Source: Mariniblastus sp.
GTDB taxonomy: Bacteria > Planctomycetota > Planctomycetia > Pirellulales > Pirellulaceae
Length of the DNA stretch: 64,000 nt
Assembly: GCA_031400405.1 (NCBI GenBank)
Contig: JANNPW010000050.1
Span: 20,646-84,645, forward strand
Direction of reading: 5' to 3'
A program made the translations under genes and the position numbers. Of this stretch, positions 40,615-51,063 are shown one piece after another. Each line of letters opens with the position of its first letter. The stretch's first letter is position 1. A model generated the notes under the pieces. That model worked only from the letters and a program-made list of their open reading frames with translations, did not search any database and was not told where the DNA came from.

Positions 40615-42756
40615 TTATTGCTTCGATTTTGCTGAGTCGTTGCCGACTTTCATTTCATCCAGCAGGTGTTGCGCTCCGAATACCGTCCCGGTAATCCACA
40701 ACGCATATCGAATATCGACGCCGATGGAGCGGCTGTAGTCCGTGTTCCAGGCGAAATCATTGATCGTCGCTTCAAACGTGCGATCGAAGTTAACCCCGAC
40801 CAATTCGCCCCGGGCATTGATTACGGGGCTGCCAGAATTGCCACCGGTCGTATCGGTGTCATAGAGGAACGCGACCGGGATATCATTTTGTTTTGGCAAG
40901 GCAAATCGACCGAAGTCTTTCTTAGCATGCAAGGCGATGATGCTGGGTGGCGTGATGAAGGGGTCCACTCCAGTCGTCTTGGCGATCACACCACCAAGCG
41001 TCGTGAAGGGAGCCATCGTGATCGCGTCGGCTGGCGAGTATCCACGCACGGTTCCATGGGTCAAACGCAGGGTACTGTTGGCATCCGGAATGAAATTGGT
41101 TTGTTGAAAATCCTGTTTGATCGTCACCAAATCGCCATACAGCTGGTTGAGTTCACCTTCCCGATTCTTGTTCAGCTCGCGCAGTCGCAGATACTCGGGA
41201 TAGAGTTTAATGATCATTTGAAGAAACGTATCATCGACATGTGCTAACTCCGCAGGCGATTTGGTCAAACAAGATTGCAGGAACTCTGCGTCAAGCAGTC
41301 TCGTCCCCGCGTACAATTGGTCGATATCCAACGCGCCATACTGTTTCTCATCCAATTTCACCCGATCCAACATCAGTTTCAAGATCAATTTGTCGGTCGT
41401 CACATCGAAGTCTTTTTGGACAATGCCAATTTGTTGGATCGTTTGATCAAAGTTGCGATCCATGTAGGCCGGTTCCCGTTCCAAATCCGGTTTGGCTCGC
41501 TCGACAGCTGCGTCATAGATCGAATAAGCCAACGAAAGGGACAAACAACCCCGGCGCAAATTGTCCAGACTCAGTTCATATTCATTTTGCTTGGACATCT
41601 GATCATAGACGTTGGCAATGTTGCCAAGGATCATTGTTTGCGGATGTTTTGAACCGCGTGTTTTTTCGATGTGGCTTTGCAATCGTTGCTCTGCGGCGAT
41701 TCGCTCGGCCAAAATGTTGGTTCGGGCCAGCCCTTTTAATTGCCCTCGTGAGCGCTTTTCGACATTTGCCAAGCCCTGGATGCGGGCGAGATTCTTGAGC
41801 GCAACGCTGCGATCGGATTTTCCGGTTTCTTCGAGAATGCGAATCTGTTGTTGGTACAGGTCCACGGTTACCGGTAAAAAATCCTCTTGCAAATATCGCA
41901 AATAACGGGCGGTCTTGTGTCGTGCAGTACGCCCGGGATAACCCAGCAACATCACGAAATCTCCCTCCGCAACACCCTGTGCAGCAACCTGGATAAACCG
42001 TTTGGGCTGGTAGGGAACATTGTCGGTTGAAAAATCAGCCGACGAACCGTTGGGTGCGACATAAGCCCGCATAAAAGAAAAATCGCCAGTGTGTCGCGGC
42101 CATTCCCAATTGTCGGTATCGCCGCCAAATCGGCCGACCGATTCGGGCGGTGCGAAAACAAGTCGTACATCTTTGATATACGTATACAGAAAGCGGACGT
42201 AAGTTTTACCTGTGAACATTTCGGCGACTTCGGCGCGCATGCCGGGATTTGCATCTTCGGCTTGTTTTTCCAACTCCTTTTGTCGTCGTTCTAAAGCCTT
42301 CGTACGGGCGGTGAAATCCATCGCGTCATTGACGGCGGCCAGCATTGGTTCCGAAACATCTTCAAACGATTCCGTGACCCGAACGACATACCCTTGGGCC
42401 GGAAGTTCAGCCGCGTAATTGGCGGCGACAAATCCATCTCGCAAATAATCGTGGTCCGTCGAACTGGCCTGTTGGATCGCGCCGTAGGCACAATGGTGGT
42501 TGGTGATGATCAAGCCAGTATTTGACACGAACGAACCGGTACAACCGTTGACCCGGCAAATTCCGTCGACCAGGCAAGTCGTTTCGGAATTGAAGATAGC
42601 TGACGTGTCAAGCTGCAGCCCTTTCTCTTTCAGGCCGATTCCAGCGATTTGACTGATCGGATGCATCCCCTCGTCGCCAGATGCGTGCGGTGCCAACGTT
42701 ACGCTCACACCCAACAAAACAGCTAACGTCAGAATTAAGAAAGTTTTTTGAAACAC
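40615..42756 (-). CDS. S46 family dipeptidyl peptidase
   Basis: DEGMHP, GCTGSFVS…TNHHC, NWEWPRHTGDFSFMRAY, GYPGRT, NSTLRLTHG, DTTGGNSGSPV, FDRTFE; GTG start with signal peptide. Confidence 0.92.
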   Translation of the reverse strand: MFQKTFLILTLAVLLGVSVTLAPHASGDEGMHPISQIAGIGLKEKGLQLDTSAIFNSETTCLVDGICRVNGCTGSFVSNTGLIITNHHCAYGAIQQASSTDHDYLRDGFVAANYAAELPAQGYVVRVTESFEDVSEPMLAAVNDAMDFTARTKALERRQKELEKQAEDANPGMRAEVAEMFTGKTYVRFLYTYIKDVRLVFAPPESVGRFGGDTDNWEWPRHTGDFSFMRAYVAPNGSSADFSTDNVPYQPKRFIQVAAQGVAEGDFVMLLGYPGRTARHKTARYLRYLQEDFLPVTVDLYQQQIRILEETGKSDRSVALKNLARIQGLANVEKRSRGQLKGLARTNILAERIAAEQRLQSHIEKTRGSKHPQTMILGNIANVYDQMSKQNEYELSLDNLRRGCLSLSLAYSIYDAAVERAKPDLEREPAYMDRNFDQTIQQIGIVQKDFDVTTDKLILKLMLDRVKLDEKQYGALDIDQLYAGTRLLDAEFLQSCLTKSPAELAHVDDTFLQMIIKLYPEYLRLRELNKNREGELNQLYGDLVTIKQDFQQTNFIPDANSTLRLTHGTVRGYSPADAITMAPFTTLGGVIAKTTGVDPFITPPSIIALHAKKDFGRFALPKQNDIPVAFLYDTDTTGGNSGSPVINARGELVGVNFDRTFEATINDFAWNTDYSRSIGVDIRYALWITGTVFGAQHLLDEMKVGNDSAKSKQ

Positions 42757-43063
42757 GGGAGTCGATTCCTATTTGTCCGAGTCGGATGGCCAGTCTGAAT
42801 CGCCCAGTATAGCAAAAATCCGGCTCGGTTCGATTCCCGACGGGCTTCTTCGTCGCATGTTTGTTTCCCGAGCGGTTTGCTTTGCTGGCATTGAGGCGTG
42901 GTCGCAGTCAGGATGTCACTGGCGAATCGAGTACTGCCGGGTTCGAAACGATCCGTCGCCCAAGTCGATGGACTCCCGTTCAGCTAAAAAGGAACCGAAC
43001 AATTAAGGACTCAATATCGACAATCGCCAATTGATCGGTTGACTTTCGCTCGCAGTAACCGCT

Positions 43064-43912
43064 TTATTCACTGGCATGATTCCTCTGCCAAGCGATTGTG
43101 AAAACATCGGGAGTCTCGATTTGGTAGTGTACTGTTAAGGGTGCTGTCGGACAGAGAAAGTCGGGAAGCGCGAGCCCCGGCGAGAATGTCGATTTCAATC
43201 GAAGTTGCAATGTGCCGTGGCGGAGATCGCGCTGCGCGGGAATTGACCCAGTTTGGCGCGGCGTGATCGCCACCAGCTCGACGTCCGAGAAATCCCAGCA
43301 CCGCTGCAACAGTGGAAACCAATACCTGTAAAAAGTCTTCTTGGCCGAAGACAATAGCGCGCAGGCCTGGTTTGCGGGCAGGCCGACATCCAACAGTTTT
43401 TGCCGTTGAGCTGCGTCGCAATTCTCTTCTAATGTCGGTGCCGCTTGCCGAGCATTGACAATCACGGAAGTATCGAGACCAATCGACAGGATTTCATGTT
43501 GCTTGGCGACGGCCGCCCAGACCCACCGCTCGCTATGCGATAGTGAACCCACAAAACCTGGGGGCCAGTTAGGTGACCGATCTGAATCGAGTCCACTCAG
43601 GCCAACTATACATTTACTGTCAGATTGTGCAGACACTTCACGAGGAATTATTATGCCGGCTTGCCGCAACGCTTGGGTGGCACAACGGCGACTACAATCC
43701 AATTCTGCCTGTCGAAGTTCCGAAACGGTTGGTCGGGCATCGCGTAAGTGCCGCGAACGGCTCAGGCTGAGGGCGCGCACACTTTTGATCGCAGCGGGAA
43801 TCAACGAGAATTCGCTGCTGAGATCAGCGGCAGCGAGTTTCCCGTTGGTCGTCGCAGACTCAACAAATGCATGGTTGAAATCCACCGCAAGTAATAATGA
43901 ATCGACAGCCAT
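43064..43912 (-). CDS. 4'-phosphopantetheinyl transferase-like (EntD/Npt type), catalytic residues altered
   Basis: RQAELDCSRRCATQAL, PNWPPGFVGSLSHS, SIGLDTS, SSAKKTFYR; start uncertain (43912 or TTG 43954). Confidence 0.7.
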   Translation of the reverse strand: MAVDSLLLAVDFNHAFVESATTNGKLAAADLSSEFSLIPAAIKSVRALSLSRSRHLRDARPTVSELRQAELDCSRRCATQALRQAGIIIPREVSAQSDSKCIVGLSGLDSDRSPNWPPGFVGSLSHSERWVWAAVAKQHEILSIGLDTSVIVNARQAAPTLEENCDAAQRQKLLDVGLPANQACALLSSAKKTFYRYWFPLLQRCWDFSDVELVAITPRQTGSIPAQRDLRHGTLQLRLKSTFSPGLALPDFLCPTAPLTVHYQIETPDVFTIAWQRNHASE

Positions 43913-44223
43913 CAAAGATCTCCTGATTCGGTCACGGAAGCATTTCAAGGCCAAGTTTGGAACGGAAACTCTGGTGCAATCAAAGAGTCAAAAGACACGA
44001 AGTTTCCCCAGAAAACGTAAGTCACCGGGACATTCGAGCCGGGCAATCGCTGGCCAGTCATTGCAGAATCTGACTACCGGCTCGAGGGCTGACGATTGAG
44101 ACGATTAGTCCGGATTTCCGGAACTACAATCTGCCCAGGAAGTTCGAATTTGTACTCAGCGCTTCGCGCTGGTATCGAGTCGGACTGGGGCCGGAAATTT
44201 AGAGGCGAACGACCTTCACATCC

Positions 44224-45687
44224 CTATTCTGGCAATGGCTGATCTTTCGTTTCCGGTGCGAAAGGCAACACGATGAGTCCTACTAAAAATATTGCGCACA
44301 TCGTGACTGCTCCCCAGCGAAAGCCTTCTTCGAAACCATTTTCTTTCGTATACACGAACTTCGTAAGCAACCCTAACGTCAATGGCCCGACAGCCGCCAC
44401 CAGCCGTCCTCCGTTGTAACAAAAACTGGTTCCCGTCGATCGAAGACGTGTCGGAAAAAGTTCTGGAAAATAGATCGCATAGCCGCCGAACGGTGCAAAC
44501 AAACAAAAGCCCATGATGGGCACCATCCAAAACAGTTCGGACAACTGATCCAGGTAAGCAAAAGTAAACGATGTCGAAACCATTGCCAACACGAACGCAA
44601 TGGCCAACGCGACGCGGCGACCGACCCAGTTGGAAAAATAACTGAAAAAATACATGCCAAAAAAACCGCCAAAATTCATCAGCAACGAACTGCAACCAAC
44701 CCAAAAACTTGCTGCGGATTTAACGTCACCCGGCGCTAATCCCAACTCCGTAAAGTGCTTCGTGGCGACGACACTAAATAGATCAAAGAAGAAAAACCCA
44801 ATACCCCACAACCCAACAATGCCTGAGCTTCCCAAGGCAAGTCCCACCCACGCGTTTCTTCTCCAACGAGGGTCTCCAAACAATTCGCGATACGATCCCA
44901 GACTCTTGCGATCTGGATTCGAGCGCATCAAATTTTTGGCTTGAACCCAGGACTCTGGTTCTTTCAATTTCCAACGAATCAAAACAGCGACGAATGCCGG
45001 TAGCGATCCAACCATAAACATCAATCGCCAGGCCGACATTTGAAAGCCGAAAATATCCCAATCCGCCAACGTGCCCTGCCCTTCGTAATACCCCAAGGTC
45101 ATACTGCAAATCGCCGCAACCGAATTGCCAATGGTTGACGAGGCCTGCAGCAATCCCAGGGCATATGTTCGAACACGCTGCGGCATCGCCTCGGCGACCA
45201 ATGCCACGCCGACCGCGAACTCACCACCAACTCCCATGCCGGTGATGAATCGGTAAAAACTAAAGTCCCAGAAGTTGTTGGAAAAAGCACTCAACCCCGT
45301 AAACGTGGAGTACATCAAAATGGTCCACAACATCACTCGCGCCCGACCGATCCGATCGCCTAGCGCGCCAAAAATCAGTCCCCCGACGGCCCAACCAACG
45401 AGAAAAATTGAAGTGCTAATCGCCGCGCGATATTGAACATCTTCGATTTTCGGCGCAACTGATACCGCAGCGCCATTTTCAGCGACTTCTACTCTCACCA
45501 AGAGTTCTTTCATCGCCGGTGTGCGGGCCAGGGCAAATAACTGTTGGTCCATCGTATCGAAGGCCCACCCAAGTGCCGCCACAAACAGGACGAACCAGTG
45601 ATAACGGTTCAAATGCAGGAACCAAGTCCACTTGTTGATCGGCGGTTCATTCATCGAATTCTTCGCGTTCTGGTCATGGCCCGTCAT
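44224..45687 (-). CDS. MFS transporter
   Basis: LGWAFDTMDQQLF, GALGDRIGRARV motif A, RFITGMGVGGEF, PELFPTRLRSTGTSFCYNGGR, PETKDQPLPE; start placed at MTGHDQ. Confidence 0.9.
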   Translation of the reverse strand: MTGHDQNAKNSMNEPPINKWTWFLHLNRYHWFVLFVAALGWAFDTMDQQLFALARTPAMKELLVRVEVAENGAAVSVAPKIEDVQYRAAISTSIFLVGWAVGGLIFGALGDRIGRARVMLWTILMYSTFTGLSAFSNNFWDFSFYRFITGMGVGGEFAVGVALVAEAMPQRVRTYALGLLQASSTIGNSVAAICSMTLGYYEGQGTLADWDIFGFQMSAWRLMFMVGSLPAFVAVLIRWKLKEPESWVQAKNLMRSNPDRKSLGSYRELFGDPRWRRNAWVGLALGSSGIVGLWGIGFFFFDLFSVVATKHFTELGLAPGDVKSAASFWVGCSSLLMNFGGFFGMYFFSYFSNWVGRRVALAIAFVLAMVSTSFTFAYLDQLSELFWMVPIMGFCLFAPFGGYAIYFPELFPTRLRSTGTSFCYNGGRLVAAVGPLTLGLLTKFVYTKENGFEEGFRWGAVTMCAIFLVGLIVLPFAPETKDQPLPE

Positions 45688-45796
45688 TCGCGATTTTTCC
45701 TTAAGTTGTACTAACAAACGCCCGTTATCATAGTGACGGCCCAACCATGCTACACTTCTCGCTACCATGACACAATGAATACGACTCGACGAACAC

Positions 45797-47275
45797 TCAC
45801 GCGATCAAATCCGTTAGCACGCGTCCGTGAACATCGGTTAATCGGCGATCGATGCCGTCCTGGCGAACGGTCAGTTGTTTGTGATCGATCCCGAGCTGAT
45901 GGAGTATGGTGGCGTGAATATCGTAAACTTGGGTGGAATTCTCCCGATCCAGGGGCTTGTAGCCCCAAGCATCGCTCTCGCCGTAGGTACCTCCTTTAAC
46001 ACCGCCCCCGCACATCCAATTCGTGAACACAAACGGGTTGTGATCGCGACCCAGACTGCCTTGGGTGGAAGGCATCCGACCAAACTCGGTCGTCCACAGT
46101 ACAATCGTATCGTCCAGCATACCGCGCTGTTTCAAGTCGCGAATCAAGGCGGCAGTTCCAACCGCCATGCCTCGCGCGAGTGGTTCATGATCACCGGCCA
46201 GGTCTTCATGGCTGTCCCAATTCCGACGTGGAAAACTGTTGTCATTGCCGGACCAGATTTGTACAAAGCGAACCCCGCGTTCCAATAATCGTCTGGCAAT
46301 CAAGCATTTCCGACCAAAATAATCCGCTTCTTCCACGGCATTGATTTTCTCGGGAAATTCGCGCCCCAACGGACCGACACCATACATTTGCAAAATATGT
46401 TCAGGTTCATCCGCAAGATCGAGAGCATCGGGAGCGCTCAATTGCATTTTGGTAGCCAACTCATACGACCGGATCCGCGCTTCGAGTCGCGAATCGTCAG
46501 TTCGTTTTGCCGTGTATTGGCGGTTGAGCTTGGATAGTAGCGCCAATCCATCTCGTTCGGCGGCAGCCGTTACAAACGTCGCGTTGGCTTGGAGGTCTGC
46601 GATCGGATTTGTTCGCTGCGGAAAAATCACGGTCCCTTGAGTGCTGGCCGGCAGAAACGCTGAGCCCCAATTTTTGGGCCCGTTACTGGCAAAACCACGG
46701 TTGTCTGGCAACACGACAAACGTTGGCAGGTTTTCGTTGATGGAACCCAATCCATAACTGATCCAAGCACCCATGCCGGGAAATCCGGGCCGATCGAAAC
46801 CAGTCGCCTGAAGATAGGTTGCTTGGCTGTGAACGCCGGTCTTACCCACCATGTTGTGAATGAAAGCAATCTCATCCACGACGTCGCCCAGCGGCGCGAC
46901 AACATCGCTAAGAAACTTGCCGGAATCGCCATACTGGCGAAACGCAAATGGTGACTTCATCCAGGGACCAAGGCCATTTTGAAAAGCCTCGACCGGCTCA
47001 CCGAAATCCGAGGGCTGCCCATGCAACTTGGCCAGTTCCGGTTTGTGATCAAACAAATCGATATGACTGGCTGCGCCTGCCATGAATAGTTGGACCACCC
47101 GTTTGGCTTTCGGTGGACGATGCAAAATTTTTAATACGCCCTTGTCGCGAGCCAATTTTTCCGGCGGTTGCCCCGACAACTCACGGCAGAGCATGGCCGT
47201 TGCTGCCAAACCACCAAATCCATGACCCACTTTCCACAGAAAATCCCGGCGGGATTCAGATCTAAATCGTTCCAT
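45797..47275 (-). CDS. DUF1501 domain protein
   Basis: SRRDFL Tat-like motif, LFMAGAASHIDLFDHKP, CLIARRLLERGVRFVQ, WDSH, TEFGRMP, GRDHNP, WMCGGGVKGG. Confidence 0.9.
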   Translation of the reverse strand: MERFRSESRRDFLWKVGHGFGGLAATAMLCRELSGQPPEKLARDKGVLKILHRPPKAKRVVQLFMAGAASHIDLFDHKPELAKLHGQPSDFGEPVEAFQNGLGPWMKSPFAFRQYGDSGKFLSDVVAPLGDVVDEIAFIHNMVGKTGVHSQATYLQATGFDRPGFPGMGAWISYGLGSINENLPTFVVLPDNRGFASNGPKNWGSAFLPASTQGTVIFPQRTNPIADLQANATFVTAAAERDGLALLSKLNRQYTAKRTDDSRLEARIRSYELATKMQLSAPDALDLADEPEHILQMYGVGPLGREFPEKINAVEEADYFGRKCLIARRLLERGVRFVQIWSGNDNSFPRRNWDSHEDLAGDHEPLARGMAVGTAALIRDLKQRGMLDDTIVLWTTEFGRMPSTQGSLGRDHNPFVFTNWMCGGGVKGGTYGESDAWGYKPLDRENSTQVYDIHATILHQLGIDHKQLTVRQDGIDRRLTDVHGRVLTDLIA

Positions 47276-47347
47276 GAGACATTCTTCGGGCTAGCAATTG
47301 AACTGCTGGAAATGTAATTGGTCACGAACCGATGGACCGTGCGGAAG

Positions 47348-50300
47348 CTAATCAATAAAAACGAATTCATTCATGTTAAACAGCATTCGACAAAGGTTTG
47401 TTAAGCCATGGTCGCGAGCGTAAATCAACAGTTCGTCCAATTCGTCTGGCGTTGGTTGTCGACCCGCGGTCAATTCGAATCCCACACGGATTTGATTGAC
47501 CAAGGACGGATCAGCTTGTTCCAAGCGACCCGCCAACTGCTCGGCCATGGCGAGTGCAAACGGATTGTTCAGCAGCGTCAAGGCTTGCAAGGCGGTCAAC
47601 GTTTCATCACGTTGCGGGACGCTGATCGACGAATCCGCGCAGTCCAATGTCGTCATCAAGGGGTCCGGCTGCGACCGAACCACAAACCGATAGACCGAAC
47701 GACGATGGGTCGCTGGTGTGTGCGGATCGAACAGATGGTATTCATAGTGGGGTGAGTGTTCCGACTTTTGCAAGTCAAACAGATAATAGCCGGGGCCGCC
47801 CATTTCCAGATTAAGTGCACCGCTCGCCCACAGCATTGAATCTCGAATTTCTTCGGCATCCAGACGACGGCGATTGGCTCGCCAGAGAAAACGGTTGTCG
47901 CCATCGATCGAGGCGGCTGCCGGCTGACTTTCGCTGGTTTGTTGATAGACCGAGCTGGTAACAATCAATCGATGCAAGTGACGAAACGATTGTTTCTGGT
48001 CCAGAAATTCTGTCGCCAGCCAATCCAGTAATTCCGGGTGAGAGGGCAATTGCCCCATGCGTCCGAAATCGTTTGGCGAGTCAACCAACCCGCGCCCAAA
48101 ATGGTGTAGCCAAATGCGGTTGACGATCGAACGCCACGTTAGTGGATTGTGTCGATCCGTGATCCAACGGGCCAGTGCTGCGCGGCGTGCTCCTTCCGTA
48201 TGGTCGGGCGGAAGTGGGAACCGAGTGGCCTCACCGGCGACTAAGGGGATCGTGCCAGGCAATGCAACTTCAGCAGGTTGGCCAATATTCCCACGATGCA
48301 ACACCCGTACATCGCGGGGCTGGCCACTGGTAGCCCGGAACTCTCCTTCGGATGAAAACTCAGTTGCGGCCGCATACACCAAATCTCCAGTCGGAAGGCT
48401 GGCCATTTCTCGCTCACAGTTCGCTAACTGTTCGGACAAAGAGGTCTGCTGCGATTGAATTTCCGGCGTCAAAATCGTGCGGACTATTTCATCGTACGCA
48501 ATCGTGAGCCGTGATAAAGAGGACGCCAGTTCTGATTCCTCATACTCAGGCCAAATGCCATCAATGAGATTTTCCTTTTGCCAACGGACGGGCGCTTCGA
48601 TGGAATCCAATGCCGAAATAGTAGCTCCCGAAGTTTGATTTTCACCGGCGCTATTGAGGACTCGCAACTCAGCCATCGCAAAATTAAAATCACGATCCCG
48701 TGGTTGCAGTTTCCGGGCAGTCAATCTTAGTCGCCGCACCCGGATCGGATTGGGAAGTTTGACGACAACCGGTTGGGTTAAGCGTGGTGCGGTGGCAAAA
48801 TTTTCAGAGACGTGCAGAACCAGCGACTGGTCGCGTTCATCGGCGGCCGACAACGTCCAGGCTAACGGAAATCCGAACCCGGGACCGATGCCCGCAAAAT
48901 TATCGTAGCAGGCGTACAGCCCGATCTCGCTGATTTCAATCGCTTGATCCCATTGCAGTTCCACCCATTTCTCGACGGAGTCCGAACTGGCGATTTGGCT
49001 GTGGTAACCATACTCCAGTTTCAATTTGACCGGAACAAGTTGCCGCTGAAAGTTGCTGATCTGTTGTTCCAATTCAGTTAGTTGAGCACCGCCGGCCGCA
49101 GCAATGGTCTGATTCAGCGCTATTGTTTCAGCCAGCAGATTTTCACGTTTATCCGACAGCGCCAAGCGTTGAGCTTCGACTGCCGGGTCGTGTTGATAGA
49201 CGCGGTTCGCGCGGTCGATTGCCGCAAACACAGTCTGTAAATCGTAATAGTTCGATTGCGTGATCGGATCGAATTTATGATTATGGCAGCGCGCACATTG
49301 AACGGTGGTACTGCAGAAAATGTTGTAGGTCGCCGAAACAAATTCATCCCGGTCCAGATTGCGAGCTTCTTTGCCGTCGAGTTTGAACTCCGGGACTTCG
49401 ACGTGACCGATGAAATCCCAGGGGCCCGCCGCGAGAAAACCCAATCCCAAAATTCCGTCCGGAACACCGGGATACAAGACATCTCCCGCGAGCTGCTCCT
49501 CGACGAATTGGGAATAGGGTTTGTCTTCATTGATCGAACGAATTACATAGTCGCGATAAGGCCAGGCGTAAGGGCGCGGTTTGTCTTTGTCGTAGCCGCA
49601 AGTGTCCGCATAACGAACCAAATCCAGCCAGTGCCGTCCCCACCGTTCGCCGTATCGCGGTGACTGTAACAAGCGATCGACCAATCGTTCGTACGCTTCG
49701 TCGGCCGGATCGTCAAGAAATGTTTGGACTTCGGCCGGTGTTGGAGGCAAGCCGGTCAGATCATATGTCACGCGACGAATCAAGGTTCGCCGATCAGCGA
49801 TGGGATTGGGCGCGAGGCCTTGTTCCAGCATTTTGGCCAACACAAACGCATCGATTGGATTGTTGGTTCGCCAGTCCGCCGGCATCGACGTCAGCGATGG
49901 TATCGGGGGACGTTGAATCGGTTGGAGCGACCACCAATCGAAATTGTCGATGACACGTTCAGAAATGGTCAACTCAGGCGGCCATTCGGCGCCCGATTGG
50001 ATCCATTGCCGCAACGTAGCGACTTCGGAAACGGAGAGTGGATCGCCGGTCTTGGGCATTTCTGGCGGTGTCGCGTCGGCGCTGCAAACGACTTCCAGCA
50101 ATCGACTGTTGGTGGGATTGTTTGGGTCGACAAATAGGTTGGCGAATAAATCTTCTTTCGTTTCCAGTGAAAAATCAGCGGCCCTGTCGCGAGCATTATG
50201 GCAACGCAAACAATGGGTTTGAAAGATCGGAGCAATGTTGCGGCGAAACCACTCGTCCTGCGCAGCCCGTTCCCCACTGATGGCTGGCGGCTGAGTAGGC

Positions 50301-50455
50301 TCTTCGACCGGCAATTTCGCTGAAACCACGGCGGCGAAAGAAAAGAGGATGAACGAACTGATGACGCTCAACAAGACCAGCCGGCGCGAAGAAACCCAAG
50401 GGTTCTCTTCAGTGGTCGCGAGTATGGTTCGCCGGTTCTCCATCCCCAATATCAT
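47348..50455 (-). CDS. DUF1549/DUF1553 (PSD1) protein with planctomycete cytochrome c and a central beta-sandwich (F5/8-like) insert
   Basis: IAPIFQTHCLRCHN (CxxCH), WWSLQP, NPIDAFV, LIRRVTYDLTGLPPT, YGERWGRHWLDLVRYAD, CARCHNHKFDP, RSIVNRIWLHHFGRG, RMLFNMNEFVFID. Confidence 0.9.
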   Translation of the reverse strand: MILGMENRRTILATTEENPWVSSRRLVLLSVISSFILFSFAAVVSAKLPVEEPTQPPAISGERAAQDEWFRRNIAPIFQTHCLRCHNARDRAADFSLETKEDLFANLFVDPNNPTNSRLLEVVCSADATPPEMPKTGDPLSVSEVATLRQWIQSGAEWPPELTISERVIDNFDWWSLQPIQRPPIPSLTSMPADWRTNNPIDAFVLAKMLEQGLAPNPIADRRTLIRRVTYDLTGLPPTPAEVQTFLDDPADEAYERLVDRLLQSPRYGERWGRHWLDLVRYADTCGYDKDKPRPYAWPYRDYVIRSINEDKPYSQFVEEQLAGDVLYPGVPDGILGLGFLAAGPWDFIGHVEVPEFKLDGKEARNLDRDEFVSATYNIFCSTTVQCARCHNHKFDPITQSNYYDLQTVFAAIDRANRVYQHDPAVEAQRLALSDKRENLLAETIALNQTIAAAGGAQLTELEQQISNFQRQLVPVKLKLEYGYHSQIASSDSVEKWVELQWDQAIEISEIGLYACYDNFAGIGPGFGFPLAWTLSAADERDQSLVLHVSENFATAPRLTQPVVVKLPNPIRVRRLRLTARKLQPRDRDFNFAMAELRVLNSAGENQTSGATISALDSIEAPVRWQKENLIDGIWPEYEESELASSLSRLTIAYDEIVRTILTPEIQSQQTSLSEQLANCEREMASLPTGDLVYAAATEFSSEGEFRATSGQPRDVRVLHRGNIGQPAEVALPGTIPLVAGEATRFPLPPDHTEGARRAALARWITDRHNPLTWRSIVNRIWLHHFGRGLVDSPNDFGRMGQLPSHPELLDWLATEFLDQKQSFRHLHRLIVTSSVYQQTSESQPAAASIDGDNRFLWRANRRRLDAEEIRDSMLWASGALNLEMGGPGYYLFDLQKSEHSPHYEYHLFDPHTPATHRRSVYRFVVRSQPDPLMTTLDCADSSISVPQRDETLTALQALTLLNNPFALAMAEQLAGRLEQADPSLVNQIRVGFELTAGRQPTPDELDELLIYARDHGLTNLCRMLFNMNEFVFID

Positions 50456-50599
50456 ACTGTAGACAGGATTTTTTGCGAAACGCTGTTTCCCATATCAAGG
50501 ACGTTAATTGACTTGGAACGGCTATCGAGACAGGCCGGCTTAATGGAGCTAGGTCAACTCGAACAATTTCAAATGTTCGAGGTGAAATCGACCCTCGCA

Positions 50600-50974
50600 T
50601 CAACGTTTCCAGAACATCAATCCGGCACTCAGTAGCAGGATGACCCATTCGCCGATGGCCAATTGGTAAGTCATCCGGCCAATGTCACTGTACATAAAAA
50701 AACCACTCGTGCGAAAGACGACCAAGGAGAGGTGGACCAAAAAACACGCCATGAGGGCGAATCCCTCCCAGTCCTGCCGAATCAGTGGCATCAACAAGAT
50801 CAACGCCAGTCCCAATTCCAGTCCACCATAAACGGTCAAGAATTCTGATTTGCCGGAACCGCCGACCAACTCGAATCCAATTTTGCTGGACGTGGTTTTC
50901 GGATCACAGGCGCACCAAATAGCCAGTCCCAGGTACAGCAAACCTATCAGAGTCAGAAAAATTTTGGTCAACAT
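50600..50974 (-). CDS. Small membrane protein, DUF4345-like
   Basis: 4 TM segments, SEFLTVYGGLELGL; start placed at MLTKIF. Confidence 0.65.
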   Translation of the reverse strand: MLTKIFLTLIGLLYLGLAIWCACDPKTTSSKIGFELVGGSGKSEFLTVYGGLELGLALILLMPLIRQDWEGFALMACFLVHLSLVVFRTSGFFMYSDIGRMTYQLAIGEWVILLLSAGLMFWKR

Positions 50975-51063
50975 TTGTCGTCGGTTGAATAAATTTGAAA
51001 AACAGGCCAGAACCAAAAATCGTAGTAGGAAGAACCGTTCGCTTTGGCCGCTATTAACCGTCG

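Noticed and set aside
42773-43006. 77-aa ORF between S46 and the PPTase-like gene
   Set aside because: No RBS or motif recognised, TTG start and no protein-like composition; not supported.
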